The notes beneath the pieces were generated by a model. That model had not been told where the DNA came from and ran no database searches. It was given only the letters and a program-made list of their open reading frames with translations. From positions 128,163,519 to 128,189,008 of the forward strand of contig JANKJI020000002.1 of NCBI GenBank assembly GCA_024626585.2: a stretch of 25,490 nucleotides of DNA. Reading direction: 5' to 3'. This DNA comes from Ginkgo biloba. Lineage: Eukaryota; Plantae; Ginkgophyta. A program made the translations under genes and the position numbers. Below, piece by piece: positions 13,469-24,895 of the stretch; within the stretch, counting starts at the first letter, position 1, and every line of letters begins with the position of its first letter.

Positions 13469-13825
13469 TTCCTTGTTGGGTAAGAAGCACTTTCTCACCC
13501 AGGACAAGGGAACAAATTTTCTTCCCTCCCTTGGTCACATTTCCTTCCTAGATGTTTTTTCCCTTCCTTGTTGAGTAATGAGCACTTTTTGATCAAGGAC
13601 AAGGGAGTGATTTCTTTCTCCCTTGCTCACTTTACTTTCCTAGATGCTTTTTCCTTCCTTGTTGAGTAAAGGAGCTATTTTTTACCAAGGACAAGGCAGT
13701 GGCTTATTTCCTCCCTTGATCACTTTTTCTTCTTGGATGTTTTTTCCTTCCTTGTTGAGTAAGGAAGCACTTTTTCACCCAGGACAAGGGAGCAAATATC
13801 TTCCTCTCTTGATTCATTTTTTTTC
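13469..13825. repeat. Tandem array of ~4 diverged units of 91-95 bp
   Basis: Units start ttccttgttg(a/g)gtaa at 13469, 13564, 13655 and 13748; each contains aggacaagg and a CT-rich tail. Confidence 0.9.
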
Positions 13826-14109
13826 CTTGGTCTCATAAGGGAGCCATAGTCCATAATGACAAATAGTTAGTATTTTGCCCATAATGTTTGAACCGTAGCT
13901 CCATTTTTTAGTGTTCTTGTGTTCATTTTAAAGTTGATTCCGAGGGCTACGACTTTCCTTCATTGATCATGGACTAAATCTGTACGGATTTATCTCAAAT
14001 TGACCCAAAAGGTGATTGTTCTAAAAATGATAATAAATAAGTTATGATCCAAAAATGGATCAAATGCACCCAGGTATGTTGCAAAATGCTATGTTTCTGC
14101 CATACCTTC

Positions 14110-14340
14110 TTGCATTGTTGAGATGAGCTTTAACAATGGTGGAAGTAGTGTAGGGGGGTAAGAATGGCACATCTACTCCACCAAAATTAATCTCGAAAAT
14201 AATGGCATAATGTTGACCAGCATGTGAATTTTTCTATGTCGGCAAGGTATCATTTAAATGCTTGCCCTTCAAGAGTGAGGTGTAACATTGAAATCTAGGA
14301 TTGTCATTTCCATAGGTGGTTATCCATCCAAGTTGATACA
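14110..14340 (-). mobile_element. Separate retrotransposon gag fragment
   Basis: TLEGQAFK*YLADIEKFTCWSTLCHYFRD*F matches the gag LxGxAxxW...WxxLxxxFxxxF pattern. Confidence 0.55.
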
Positions 14341-14344
14341 ACAT

Positions 14345-17090
14345 TGGACATTCTATCTACCAATGCAAGAATGAGAAATGTTTAAAACTTATTAAATTTG
14401 AAATGAGGAGTTGGGGATTGTCCAGAATTCCAATGATTTCGACATCTTCCTCTACTATTTTGTTGTCAGTCAAGCATTCCAATGTGGATGATTCAAAATC
14501 ACAATACATCATCATAGTCCTCTTCCTCAGTGTCATTGGTGGGTTGGCTCTATTCAAATTTTCTCTTATTGTCCAAAACAACTTTGTGTTTTTGCTGCTT
14601 CGTATGCTCCCTACAACAAGTATAACACGTGTTCGGGTATGGAATCATTGTTGTCAACTTCAATTTCTCCATTGAAATTTGGTTCCTCAAGATAATCTTC
14701 CTTCATATTATCGGTGTCTTTAGCTACTTGATAAGCAGATTAAGAGTAAGAACTTGTTGTTGCTTCTAGCAATGGTGGTATTGGAAGTGTCACCATAGTC
14801 ATACTTTCTCTGCATAAGAACCATGCAAGACAAAAGGTAGGATGGTACATATTCCCAAATAGTGTAAACATCCGCTTCCCCTAGTTTTGAATGGCTTTTG
14901 TGTCATATAATGATTGTCAACCTAATAGTGTAGGTAAGAAGCATTGTTTTCCATGCGAACAACAGTGAATCTTATTTTAGAGGCACTCCTTCAATGTAAA
15001 CCAATATATCCAATAGGGTGCCAAGAGGTCGTATTTCAGATTGATTAGCAAGGCGGATGGAATAATTTAGAGGAATATAATTCAGTTCTTCTAACTGGAT
15101 CCATGTGGATTTTGCTTAAACTTTTATGCTCAATCCTCCATCCACTATAGTGTTGGCAATGACTTTTACAAAAAATTTGGATTGGAACTTTGGGGTCTTC
15201 ATCTAGCTGGTTAGCAAAATTCGCAGTCTCTACCACATCCTCTTTAGAAGTAAATATCCTTTCTTCCACCATTCAATGGTGATGGCAAGGGGAATGTTAA
15301 TTTTGAGATTTTTGCATTAACTTTGGAGGAGATCAATCTTTTATTCTGAGGTTAAATTTGGAGTGGCTTTCACCGTTGTCTTGTTGGTCCCAACTTGTGG
15401 TGTAGTAGTAATATTCTTTCTCTAATAAACTTGTTTCCCTTTCTTGGTAAGTAGAGTCTTCTTGATTTCTAATATGCATGTGGCTTGATGAAGGGGGCGT
15501 TGTTGTTTGGCTTCTTTAACTGCAACCTGAATGGTTTGAACTGCTTCTTGAAAACAACCTTTTTTCTTTTGCCAGGTTTCAGAAGGCAGACTCGTTCTTT
15601 TTTGGTTGGCGATTTATATTACCACTTCAAGTTTAAAACTTCAACAATATGACTAGATTTGGGACTAGAGTAGCGAGATTGGACATTTTTCACTTGGTGA
15701 TAGGATTATTCTTACAGTTTTCCCACTTGTGATCACTCAATCTGCATGCTTCACAAATAAATCTCACTCTATTCTTTTCTAAATCTGCACAGCTATACCT
15801 CCAATGTAAGCATATATGGTAGGAAATCACCTTTGTTTTNNNNNNNNNNNNNNNNNNNNNNNNNNNNNNNNNNNNNNNNNNNNNNNNNNNNNNNNNNNNN
15901 NNNNNNNNNNNNNNNNNNNNNNNNNNNNNNNNNNNNNNNNNNNNNNNNNNNNNNNNNNNNNNNNNNNNNNNNNNNNNNNNNNNNNNNNNNNNNNNNNNNN
16001 NNNNNNNNNNNNNNNNNNNNNNNNNNNNNNNNNNNNNNNNNNNNNNNNNNNNNNNNNNNNNNNNNNNNNNNNNNNNNNNNNNNNNNNNNNNNNNNNNNNN
16101 NNNNNNNNNNNNNNNNNNNNNNNNNNNNNNNNNNNNNNNNNNNNNNNNNNNNNNNNNNNNNNNNNNNNNNNNNNNNNNNNNNNNNNNNNNNNNNNNNNNN
16201 NNNNNNNNNNNNNNNNNNNNNNNNNNNNNNNNNNNNNNNNNNNNNNNNNNNNNNNNNNNNNNNNNNNNNNNNNNNNNNNNNNNNNNNNNNNNNNNNNNNN
16301 NNNNNNNNNNNNNNNNNNNNNNNNNNNNNNNNNNNNNNNNNNNNNNNNNNNNNNNNNNNNNNNNNNNNNNNNNNNNNNNNNNNNNNNNNNNNNNNNNNNN
16401 NNNNNNNNNNNNNNNNNNNNATTTTTTAAATAAAATTTGCATGTGTCCATCATAATCAGGTGTTGTAGTTCCTTAAGTACCTGAAAGATGGCCAATGGAT
16501 CTCGTAGGCATTGGAAACGATCTAAAAACAATGTTTGGATCTCTTCCCACGTGGGATTACTAATGCTGATCTACTAGTACCATGCAATTTTTGGACCTCG
16601 AGGGGTACTAAAGAAATGAGCTTTGATCTCCCATTCATTCATAATATTTTAAATCTAAGATTTTTTTAACAGGGGCAAATGATCTACCTGTTCGTTAATA
16701 CCATCATAACATAGATTGGCAAAGAATTGGTCATTCTGAACAAGAAAATAGGGCTATTGGTTTCCATTGTTGTTATTATTATCATTATTCCTATTGTTGT
16801 TGTGTTGCCACCATTGTTGTAGTGGCTGTGATTATCATCTATCATGGCGACCAAAAGGGCATTCTATTATACAGTGAAAGGAGTAGCTTGTCCATAAATG
16901 ATGAATCTGAATATCAAGTCTTTGATCAATGATTCAAAATTGCCTGTATGATATCTACTAATAGGTTGTGGTGAAGAATAACTTAAATGTTATTGCTAGT
17001 TGTCATTAGTAGTATTGGGGTCTTCATCAATATTATCGTTAACACTAAGCTTGTCTAGTTTTTTCTTATTTACTATCCCTAGATGGTCTA
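14345..17090 (-). mobile_element. Ty3/gypsy gag-protease remnant (probably the 5' half of element A)
   Basis: gag HFFSTPRGPKIAWY...PTWEEIQTLFLDRF (about 16500-16650); intact CX2CX4HX4C knuckle CEACRLSDHKWENC (15714-15755); protease VIANTIVDGGLSIKV (about 15120-15165); acidic spacer before RT. Confidence 0.85.
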
Positions 17091-17204
17091 CTTTTTGTTA
17101 ATAAATGTTAAAGTTCTTAGAAATTCATGCTTAATGTTAAATAGTAAGGTATATGNNNNNNNNNNNNNNNNNNNNCTTAATCGAGAGTGGGGAATCATGA
17201 ATAT

Positions 17205-17457
17205 AATGCTCTCACCACCATACCAGTTATCCTTAAAGAATGTCAAGGTTGTAGTATAGAATAAACTACTCAAGTGTATTAATTTATGAACCAAATATGG
17301 TCCTTACACAATCTCCAAGGAAACATTTATACATTACAAGAGATGGAAGAGATTAAGAGATGCGACCTTCCATAAAGAGGCATTACTTCTCATTTGACTC
17401 TTAATTTAAATTAGTTTCTTGACTAATAATCAATGTACGCCTTTAATCAGTTGTTTG
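17205..17457 (-). mobile_element. Probable 5' LTR 3' end and PBS-like junction upstream of gag
   Basis: Shares blocks with 18130-18310 (gctctcac, gaatgtcaa.gttgtagt.tagaata, gatgcgac..ccataa) and lies directly upstream of the gag remnant. Confidence 0.5.
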
Positions 17458-18129
17458 NNNNNNNNNNNNNNNNNNNNNNNNNNNNNNNNNNNNNNNNNNN
17501 NNNNNNNNNNNNNNNNNNNNNNNNNNNNNNNNNNNNNNNNNNNNNNNNNNNNNNNNNCTGAGCTTATTTCATCTTCATCCTCGTCAACGGCCTTTAAACT
17601 GTGTTTTGGTCCAAAGTCAGTTTTAGCATGCTTTGTTCGGTGTAGGAACTCGGGGTTTAGAATTCCGTATGTGTACCTTATTCTTTCTAGAACCAACCAC
17701 GCTACTACATGCCCCCTTATGGGTTGCCAAGCTTTCACCCTTATGAGTTTGTTTTGTACGGACTGGTTTATTTAACACCACATTCTTCACTTGCTCTCTA
17801 TCTTCTCTATGTTCTGCTCAAGGATCAATGACAGGTTTATTCTGCTCCTTTGGTGGAATTACAAAGACCCCTGGCTAACCCGAAGGTTTAGCAGTAAACT
17901 GTTAGTTCTATAATAGCCAGGGTTTCTGGTTTTTAAGCTAGTACACCTTATGTGTGGAACCATCCAAAGCTAACCCTTTCAGGCTCAATTAACAGCACAG
18001 AACCAATGTTTGCTAAATCCAAGATGTATACTCTAGCAAATCATGTTGAATGCTAACAAGTAAGATGCATAATGGAGACACATACGTATGCAATCAATAC
18101 CCTCAATAGACAGTGAGGAGTTACTACTA

Positions 18130-18620
18130 TGCCGCTCTCACAAACATATGCGCTAGTCCCCAACGAATGTCAATGTTGTAGTCTAGAATAGTAAACATAG
18201 TATATTTATTAGATAACAAAATTGATATATTTTCTTTGGTCTTTGCGATGCTATAATAGAGATTACAAACATTTGGAGGTGCTTAGGATGCGACTCTCCC
18301 ATAAGATATTGTATTTCATAACTATTCTTTATTACATTTAGGCTAAGTCTTTAACAACTAGAGATTTTCAACAACTTGTTTACAATTGTAGAGCAATGAC
18401 AAGTGACCAAAACGTTGTGACTAGAGTCCAAACCCTAGATAGCGAAAGCCATAGAAAGCAAAGAGCATAATTGTGATGACTAGAGCCACTATGACCACTG
18501 AACAAAATTGTGACGACCAAAATCGTTGCAACTAAAGAATAAGCTTGCGACGACCAGAGCCGCTATGATTGGTTAACATTTGTGACCAACCTAGTTGCTA
18601 CCGATGAACAAAGAGCTACA
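18130..18620 (-). mobile_element. Second related LTR end plus PBS-like site, with short internal repeats
   Basis: Minus strand reads actacaaCA t TGACATTCGTTGGGGA (18157-18172). Repeated tgtgacgaccagagcc-like motif in 18400-18610. Confidence 0.5.
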
Positions 18621-19021
18621 ATAATATGCATTAATCTTCCAACATCTATCTTTCCAGCCACAAAGGTTGAGCCTCCTTGCCCAACCTTAGGATCGGTGTT
18701 GTATGTCAAAGATGCAAAATTTTCAATAATGATGTGTTGTAAGTTGCCCCTTGAAAATTTTGAATGCAAAACTATAATAGGTGAGGTTTGTTGCGAATGT
18801 GGATGCTAAGTGGGATGGGCATCCTTGCTTACTATAGGAGCCAAATCATCATTGATTGCTAGTGTTACAACCCAGTCAACCCTAGTCCAAGCCTGATCAA
18901 ACTTGGTCAAAGTTGGTCAACNNNNNNNNNNNNNNNNNNNNNNNNNNNNNNNNNNNNNNNNNNNNNNNNNNNNNNNNNNNNNNNNNNNNNNNNNNNNNNN
19001 NNNNNNNNNNNNNNNNNNNNN

Positions 19022-19530
19022 AAATAAATGGAATAATTTGTCAAATTATCAAGACGAAGATGAAATGTTTTACTCCAATCTTGAAATATGACAATAGGAG
19101 CATTAGCTACATTGATATTTAGGTTATCAAATGTTGATCGATGATCCTTTGTCAATAAATTTCTCATACTAACCTGTCATACCCAAGAAGCCTTTAATTT
19201 ATTTAAAATTAATAGGTACTAGATAGGTCAAGTTAACTTGAACTTTATCTGGATCAGTGAGGACGCATTCCTCGGGAAAAATCTGGCCCAACAGCTTGCC
19301 AAATGGTACCAAGAACATATATGAGTCCTGATGAAAAACAATTTATTCTTCCACAAATCTCAAGCATATACCAGATGTTAGCCAAGCGGTTGTGCAATAA
19401 TCCATTAAATGCCAAATCATCTAGAAATATTTTAACTCTTTTCCCAATAAGCACCTTCAAAATGTTGAGGATTATGTACTGGAATGCTGTAAGTGGATTG
19501 GTTAGGCCAAATCGAACACAATTGAGTATT
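19022..19530 (-). mobile_element. Degenerate Ty3/gypsy RT-RNase H fragment
   Basis: FGLTNPLTAFQYIILNILKVLIGKRVKIFLDDL; IKGFLGMTG*YEKFI; ANAPIVIFQDWSKTFHLRLD. Confidence 0.85.
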
Positions 19531-20449
19531 AGCAGCAAAAATGAACCTAAGTGATTATAAAATACCAATGGTTGAGGAATTTTGGGGTATTTAACAATTA
19601 AAGTCAACTGTAGCTAGTATTACCAATGTCTAAACTCTGGATAAAAAGAGTGGTGAGAGCATGTGAATAGTGCAAAGTCGTGACAACTATTAAAGTACAA
19701 TGTTGTCACAACTTCTNNNNNNNNNNNNNNNNNNNNNNNNNNNNNNNNNNNNNNNNNNNNNNNNNNNNNNNNNTTCAAAATTTCAGGAAAGGGTGGGTTC
19801 AAGATAGTATTATTTTTACTCTATGTTGGGTTCTTTCCTACAGTCAACGGGTTAGCATCTTGGTTCACTAGCGATGATAATTGGATCAATACCTATGAAA
19901 TCACAATCCTTCCATGCAGAAACATATATAGGCCCCCCATGCATGTGCAGACTATGCTCAGTGGTAAAAAACTGGTGCCTCAAATACCTTGGGAAGAAGA
20001 TGTTACTGTGGTTTTCTTTGGACTCTACGTAAGTTAACATGTAATGATTTAAGTGTTTCCTACAACCACTTGTACTCTTTTAGCAGTGACTTTTCTGACT
20101 GTATTTCTGCCTCCTAGGTTTGGTTTATTTGAAGGTCACATGAACAGTAGGCATAAGAGGCAAAATCAGAATCAACATGTAGCTTCAGTCTGAACAAATG
20201 TACAGAAGAAAATACAATGCCAAGGTATACTATCATTTGATATCCTAATCAAGGTGCCAATTATACCATGAAAAATGAAAGACCAGAAGAGAAAATAGAA
20301 TAATGTTAGAAACATGAAATGAAGTTACTTGGGATATAGAAGATTTTAAAACCATGGACAGTTTTTTCAGTCAAGGATTTGAAGGAAGCAACAACAGTGT
20401 TTGATATGTATTTGCTAGGATCACAATAAAATCACTGCATGTAGGGTAC

Positions 20450-20565
20450 CTTTAACCGCTCATGTGCTTCCCGAACTGTTTTCCCGTCTTTCTTCTTTCG
20501 CCAATTGTGACCATCCTTTCGGAAAAAACGAAGTATTTTCCGATCAAAAAGGAACAATGAGCCAC
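20450..20565 (-). CDS. CAMTA: CAMTA coding exon (116 nt, phase 1/0), CG-1 domain core with basic NLS-like segment
   Basis: Translates as (S)GSLFLFDRKILRFFRKDGHNWRKKKDGKTVREAHERLK, the hallmark CG-1 sequence. Acceptor ttctattcttag and donor AAG|gtaccc. Splices in frame with the 126-nt exon across a 395-nt GT-AG intron (20566-20960). Confidence 0.96.
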
Positions 20566-20960
20566 CTAAGAATAGAAAACACAAGTTTCACACACTTCTC
20601 AATAATGTCCACAAGATAATTATAAATGGACAAAATCAGACAGCATATTTGAGATAAATCTAATAGTACGTTTAATAGAAGGGAACTACAGTGGTTGAAT
20701 GACAGATTGGACATGACAAGCATATAAAAGAAATCAAGAAAAACAAAAGGGAAAAACATGACATTATATACCAATACAAGCAAAAAAAATATCTTCCAAC
20801 AATTCTAATTGTTCAGTTCATAAAAAGGAGCTACAGCATGGCTGAATAAGAGAGTGGACACTACAAGAAAGCAAGTAATAAGATATTGTATGCCAACACA
20901 TTATCCAAGAAAAAAAGGAAAAATCTCACAACAATTAAATGAGAAACAAAGAACACATAC

Positions 20961-21086
20961 TCGGTGGCTTGTTAGGTGGATCTGGACTAAGCTTGAAATT
21001 CTGATAGTTCTGCAAAATGAAAAGCACTTCTACGGGCCTCAGCCACCGGGTTGGTGCCTCTCGTACCAGCTCGGTGAAATCAAATT
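20961..21086 (-). CDS. CAMTA: CAMTA coding exon (126 nt, phase 1/1), start of CG-1 DNA-binding domain
   Basis: Manual translation gives xFDFTELVREAPTRWLRPVEVLFILQNYQNFKLSPDPPNKPP(S), matching the plant CAMTA motif EAxxRWL(R/K)PxE(I/V)xxILxN...PPxxPxS. Flanked by acceptor tgtgtggaacag and donor gtatgt; no stops. Confidence 0.93.
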
Positions 21087-23249
21087 CTGTTCCACACAAA
21101 CATCAGAAAGCAGTAGCTCACATGACCCAGATCTTAAATAATACCCTATCATTAAGAAAATGTTGCCATCTTCAGTGATTGAGTTTCCAGTCATAAAGAA
21201 AGCAATATAGTGGCAAAGGTGAGGAGCTACCATGAAGTACTAAATATCATTCCAAGTGATTGTTCACAACATAGATAAATCTATTAGCCAACAAAATAAT
21301 TCTTGGTTACATCAACATTGGAGTATGCAAGCCAACATATTTTGTGAGCCTGGAACACCTTACTACAATTGTGCCACACCTGTATCATTTTTCTATTCCC
21401 TAAATTCACATTTAATCATTAATCCATCAAGTGGGAGATGAAAAGAGAGGAATGTTCTACAATATAACAATCCCAAAATCTCCATGTGCTAACTCTAGTA
21501 TTCAAGTAAAATAAAGAAGTTATAAAGGAAGAAGAAAATGATGATGTTGATGAAGTAGATGATATATATTGCTGAAGTAGATGATGTATGTGAATAACTA
21601 AAGGAAAAGGAAGAATATTATAAATAAGTTAAGGACAAACCAAAGAGGTAGAAATGATAAAAGAGGAGACCTTTGATGCAAAACATGGAGGCCACTGCTC
21701 TAGGGGATGAATTTCTTAAAGTTCCTATTATAATAAGGCTTTGATCAACAAATGGACCAATGACACATCACACCATATTAATAAGATATCAAAAGTGAAA
21801 TGACATAATATTTTTATAGTATTACATGAGTTACGGAATAAAACCTAAAATCCAAGTAAGAAAAAACATATAGACATCTATATTATCATCAAATCAAATG
21901 GTGATACTATAAACATTAAATATTAATCAACTAAGGATTCTAAAGCTGGATCAAGTTTTGTTACTTCTTCTAGTGTGATTAACAAAACTGCACAGAAAGT
22001 AAATAGTATGAGTGTTGAGTGTTAATAATGTACCCATAAACAATGGCGAACGATTCCGGCAGTAGTTGTTATAGTCTTAGAAGCTTCTATCTCCAAAGCT
22101 GAGGGGGATACGTTCCTTCTTGATGAAGAAGTAGAATTTGAACAATCAACTAGGAAAATACCATCTCATATCTTTCAAGAACCGTCCTGGCAAAATACGA
22201 AAGGGAGAGGACTAGCGAACTAGCTTTAACCTCCAGGTCATTATGATTCTATATCAAATATTTTGTCTTAAATAAACAACAGTGATGATAAGGGTGCATA
22301 GGATCTTGATGGGAATGATTTTCCATAGAGTTGGCTGGGAGGCGCTCATAAATCTGTGCAGAGATGTTAGATATCTATAAATTCTACTAAAATCAAATAA
22401 AATCCCATCGTAAACTGTTGCGAATTAACTGGTAAATGAACAGAGCTTGTCAAATGATGTGAATCTTGAAAATAGGTGACAAAGTGACTGTGGGTGAAAT
22501 AGAATCATTGTGATGCATTTGCCAGTTGGAACATTTGAAGCTGTAGATGATTTGTGAAAAACAGTGTGACGCAAGTCTTTGAAAAGTTTGGGCAACTTTG
22601 GTTGCAGTGACAAATTGCTTAGTTTACCCTCAGCATTTGCACCTACTTTTTTTTAATCATATTCATCGGCTCAGTCATTGATTGTAGGGTTTGTTCATTA
22701 CTGAATGTTTGTGGTTGTGGGTGGGTGCATCTCATCTCAACTCCCGATTCATCTCATTTAAGATGTTGATTGCTCCTGATCATTCATTTGTTGTAGCCAC
22801 TCTTCATTATCGCTGTTAATCCTGACAATAACGTCTATTTCCCATGGTTTACATGTAAAGTTTAGTTAAAATTAGTGAGTTTGATATTGCAAGTTGTAGG
22901 TGCACACAATCATAGATCCCGATCAGAAGATCTAAGGTCTTCGACAGAAATCAAAGACATTCTACAATCCTTCATTCATATACATTGGTAATTTTTAATT
23001 TTCACTTTTCATACCCAGCTCTATGTTTCCATTCAAAATAAAATTTCTTGAGCATGAATGACTTTGGTTGCCCTATCTATTTTCTTATTACCATATCCTT
23101 TGGAATAGGATATTTCAACAAAGCTATTGCCAATAATATATATGAATGCCTATATTTATTAGACCTTTCTATATTTACTACATAAATATTATTAAACAAA
23201 ATCTTACCAGCATAAAATGCTATAAAATCATATACTACATTATTCTATA

Positions 23250-23778
23250 GTGAATCTACATAGAATAATGTTTAAGTCAGTTGCTCTCAGAAATATTTGA
23301 ATTCCTATTGGTGTCCCCTCATAATCTCTATTCAACTACTATATCACTAATGCATAATAGTTCATTCTACCACCAACACTACTAACAAATATGAGCATAA
23401 CAACTATCATAAGAATGAACATAGCATAAATCTCGCATTCATCACTATTTGCAATCTCATATGATACAATCGATAACACATTATATATATTCATAACAAC
23501 AACTTAAAGACCAAGAAGAACAATCAATTTTCTATTCATCAACTCAAAATGTCTATATATAAAACACTACATCTCTCACCCGTGTTGGTTAGCAACACAA
23601 TACCTTGTATTTATAGATGTAAATCTATAAATTCCCACTCATTTTATAATAGGATATTCCTTCTCACCTAATACAAAGATTAACAAAACATAATTAAATA
23701 ACTTAATTAAAGTAATCATTATATACATTTATCCAACCCTTGGTTTAAAATTTTATCCACAAAATTTGGAGGTATTCA
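23250..23778 (-). mobile_element. Probable LTR fragment; left boundary uncertain
   Basis: Minus strand starts TGAATACCTCCAAATTTT (similar to TGTAATACCCC-type gypsy LTR starts) and has a ctataaata TATA box near 23610. Confidence 0.4.
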
Positions 23779-24505
23779 GATTTACTTGGGTGGATTGGAC
23801 AAAGTCTTCTTAACCAATTCAAGCTTAGTTTTGAAGAAGCAGATTGAACCCCTTAAGAACTTCATATTGTCAGCTTGTACCTCTAGTGACTTGGAAAAAG
23901 TTAATAAATTTAACTGAGATGTTGTTAGTTGTATCAATAGTCTATCAATATCTTGTTGTGTAAGCATTTTTGAATTACTAAGTATTGGCTTAATTGTTTT
24001 TAGCTCCATCTACTTCCTCTATTCCATCCTTTGCAAATTATCCTCGTTTGTTTCTTTAGTGGAGACCAACATCTACGTTAAGTTCTTTTACTGATATTAT
24101 CATTTCAAAATATTAGATGTTTGTTCTGCCACAACTAGATCATCCAAACAGTTATGAGTCTCATTGGCCTTCACATCTAATTTTTTGTATTTGTCCATTA
24201 TATCATCCAATTAGTGAGGATGACTTGCTCCTAGGCCTTTGATTCTATTATGGGTGGAAACTCCCTTATCTTTTCCNNNNNNNNNNNNNNNNNNNNNNNN
24301 NNNNNNNNNNNNNNNNNNNNNNNNNNNNNNNNNNNNNNNNNNNNNNNNNNNNNNNNNNNNNNNNNNNNNNNNNNNNAAGAGAGTGCAAACTCAATGACAT
24401 ACTAACTTTATCTAACTTCGATGTACACCAAAGGGAATTCTTACGAATTGTACCATTCCTACCATCCTTAATTCATCTGCATTACTTTTACGTGTGCATG
24501 TGCGT

Positions 24506-24528
24506 GAGAGAGAGAGAGAGAGAGAGAG
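24506..24528. repeat. (GA)11 microsatellite
   Basis: Read directly from the sequence. Confidence 0.95.
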
Positions 24529-24636
24529 TATATAGGCTTAGTGATATATAAACTCCATCTAAAGCTAGAGTATGACTATGGAACTTCCCATGAGATCTCC
24601 TTATGATCCCTCCTCAACTCATTTGCATTGCTTAAA

Positions 24637-24672
24637 TGTGTGTGTGTGTGAGAGGGAGGGAGGGAGGGAGGG
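24637..24672. repeat. Compound microsatellite (TG)7 plus (GAGG)5
   Basis: Read directly from the sequence. Confidence 0.9.
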
Positions 24673-24763
24673 CCCAATATGTTGATGATTATTAGCTTTT
24701 CCTCTCCCATGAGTTTCACCTTCTTTGACTCCACCTTCCAATGAACTTTCGTCTTCTAATGAC

Positions 24764-24895
24764 AATGCTAGGCCAAAATCAATGCTTTAACAAGCACTAG
24801 GGACTTACAAACTCAATATTGGTGACATAAATGCTAGGCCACAATCAATGCTTTAACAAGCATTAGGGACTTACAGCCTCAATATCGGTGATATC
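24764..24895. repeat. 66-bp tandem duplication
   Basis: aatgctaggcca(a/c)aatcaatgctttaacaagca.tagggacttaca... at 24764 and 24830, with a few substitutions. Confidence 0.92.

Noticed and set aside
13469-13825. Repeat array as a CRISPR-like locus
   Set aside because: Whole units are repeated with no unique spacers, there are no cas genes, and the context is eukaryotic.
15690-16531. Longest ORFs in the track (198-250 aa)
   Set aside because: They consist almost entirely of X from a ~580-N gap; only the flanks are real gag fragments.
20854-21141. 95-aa plus-strand ORF
   Set aside because: Antisense shadow of the CAMTA exon with no recognisable motif.
21039-21233. Minus ORF as the first CAMTA coding exon
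   Set aside because: Nearby GT donors give the wrong phase, create a TAA, or leave implausibly short introns.
22480-22640. Plus-strand SLKSLGNFGCSDKLLSLPSAF resembling an NLR leucine-rich repeat
   Set aside because: One imperfect repeat among stops, with no other NLR motifs.
23782-24276. Coiled-coil-like minus ORF
   Set aside because: Short, interrupted by stops and without an identifiable domain; likely TE debris.
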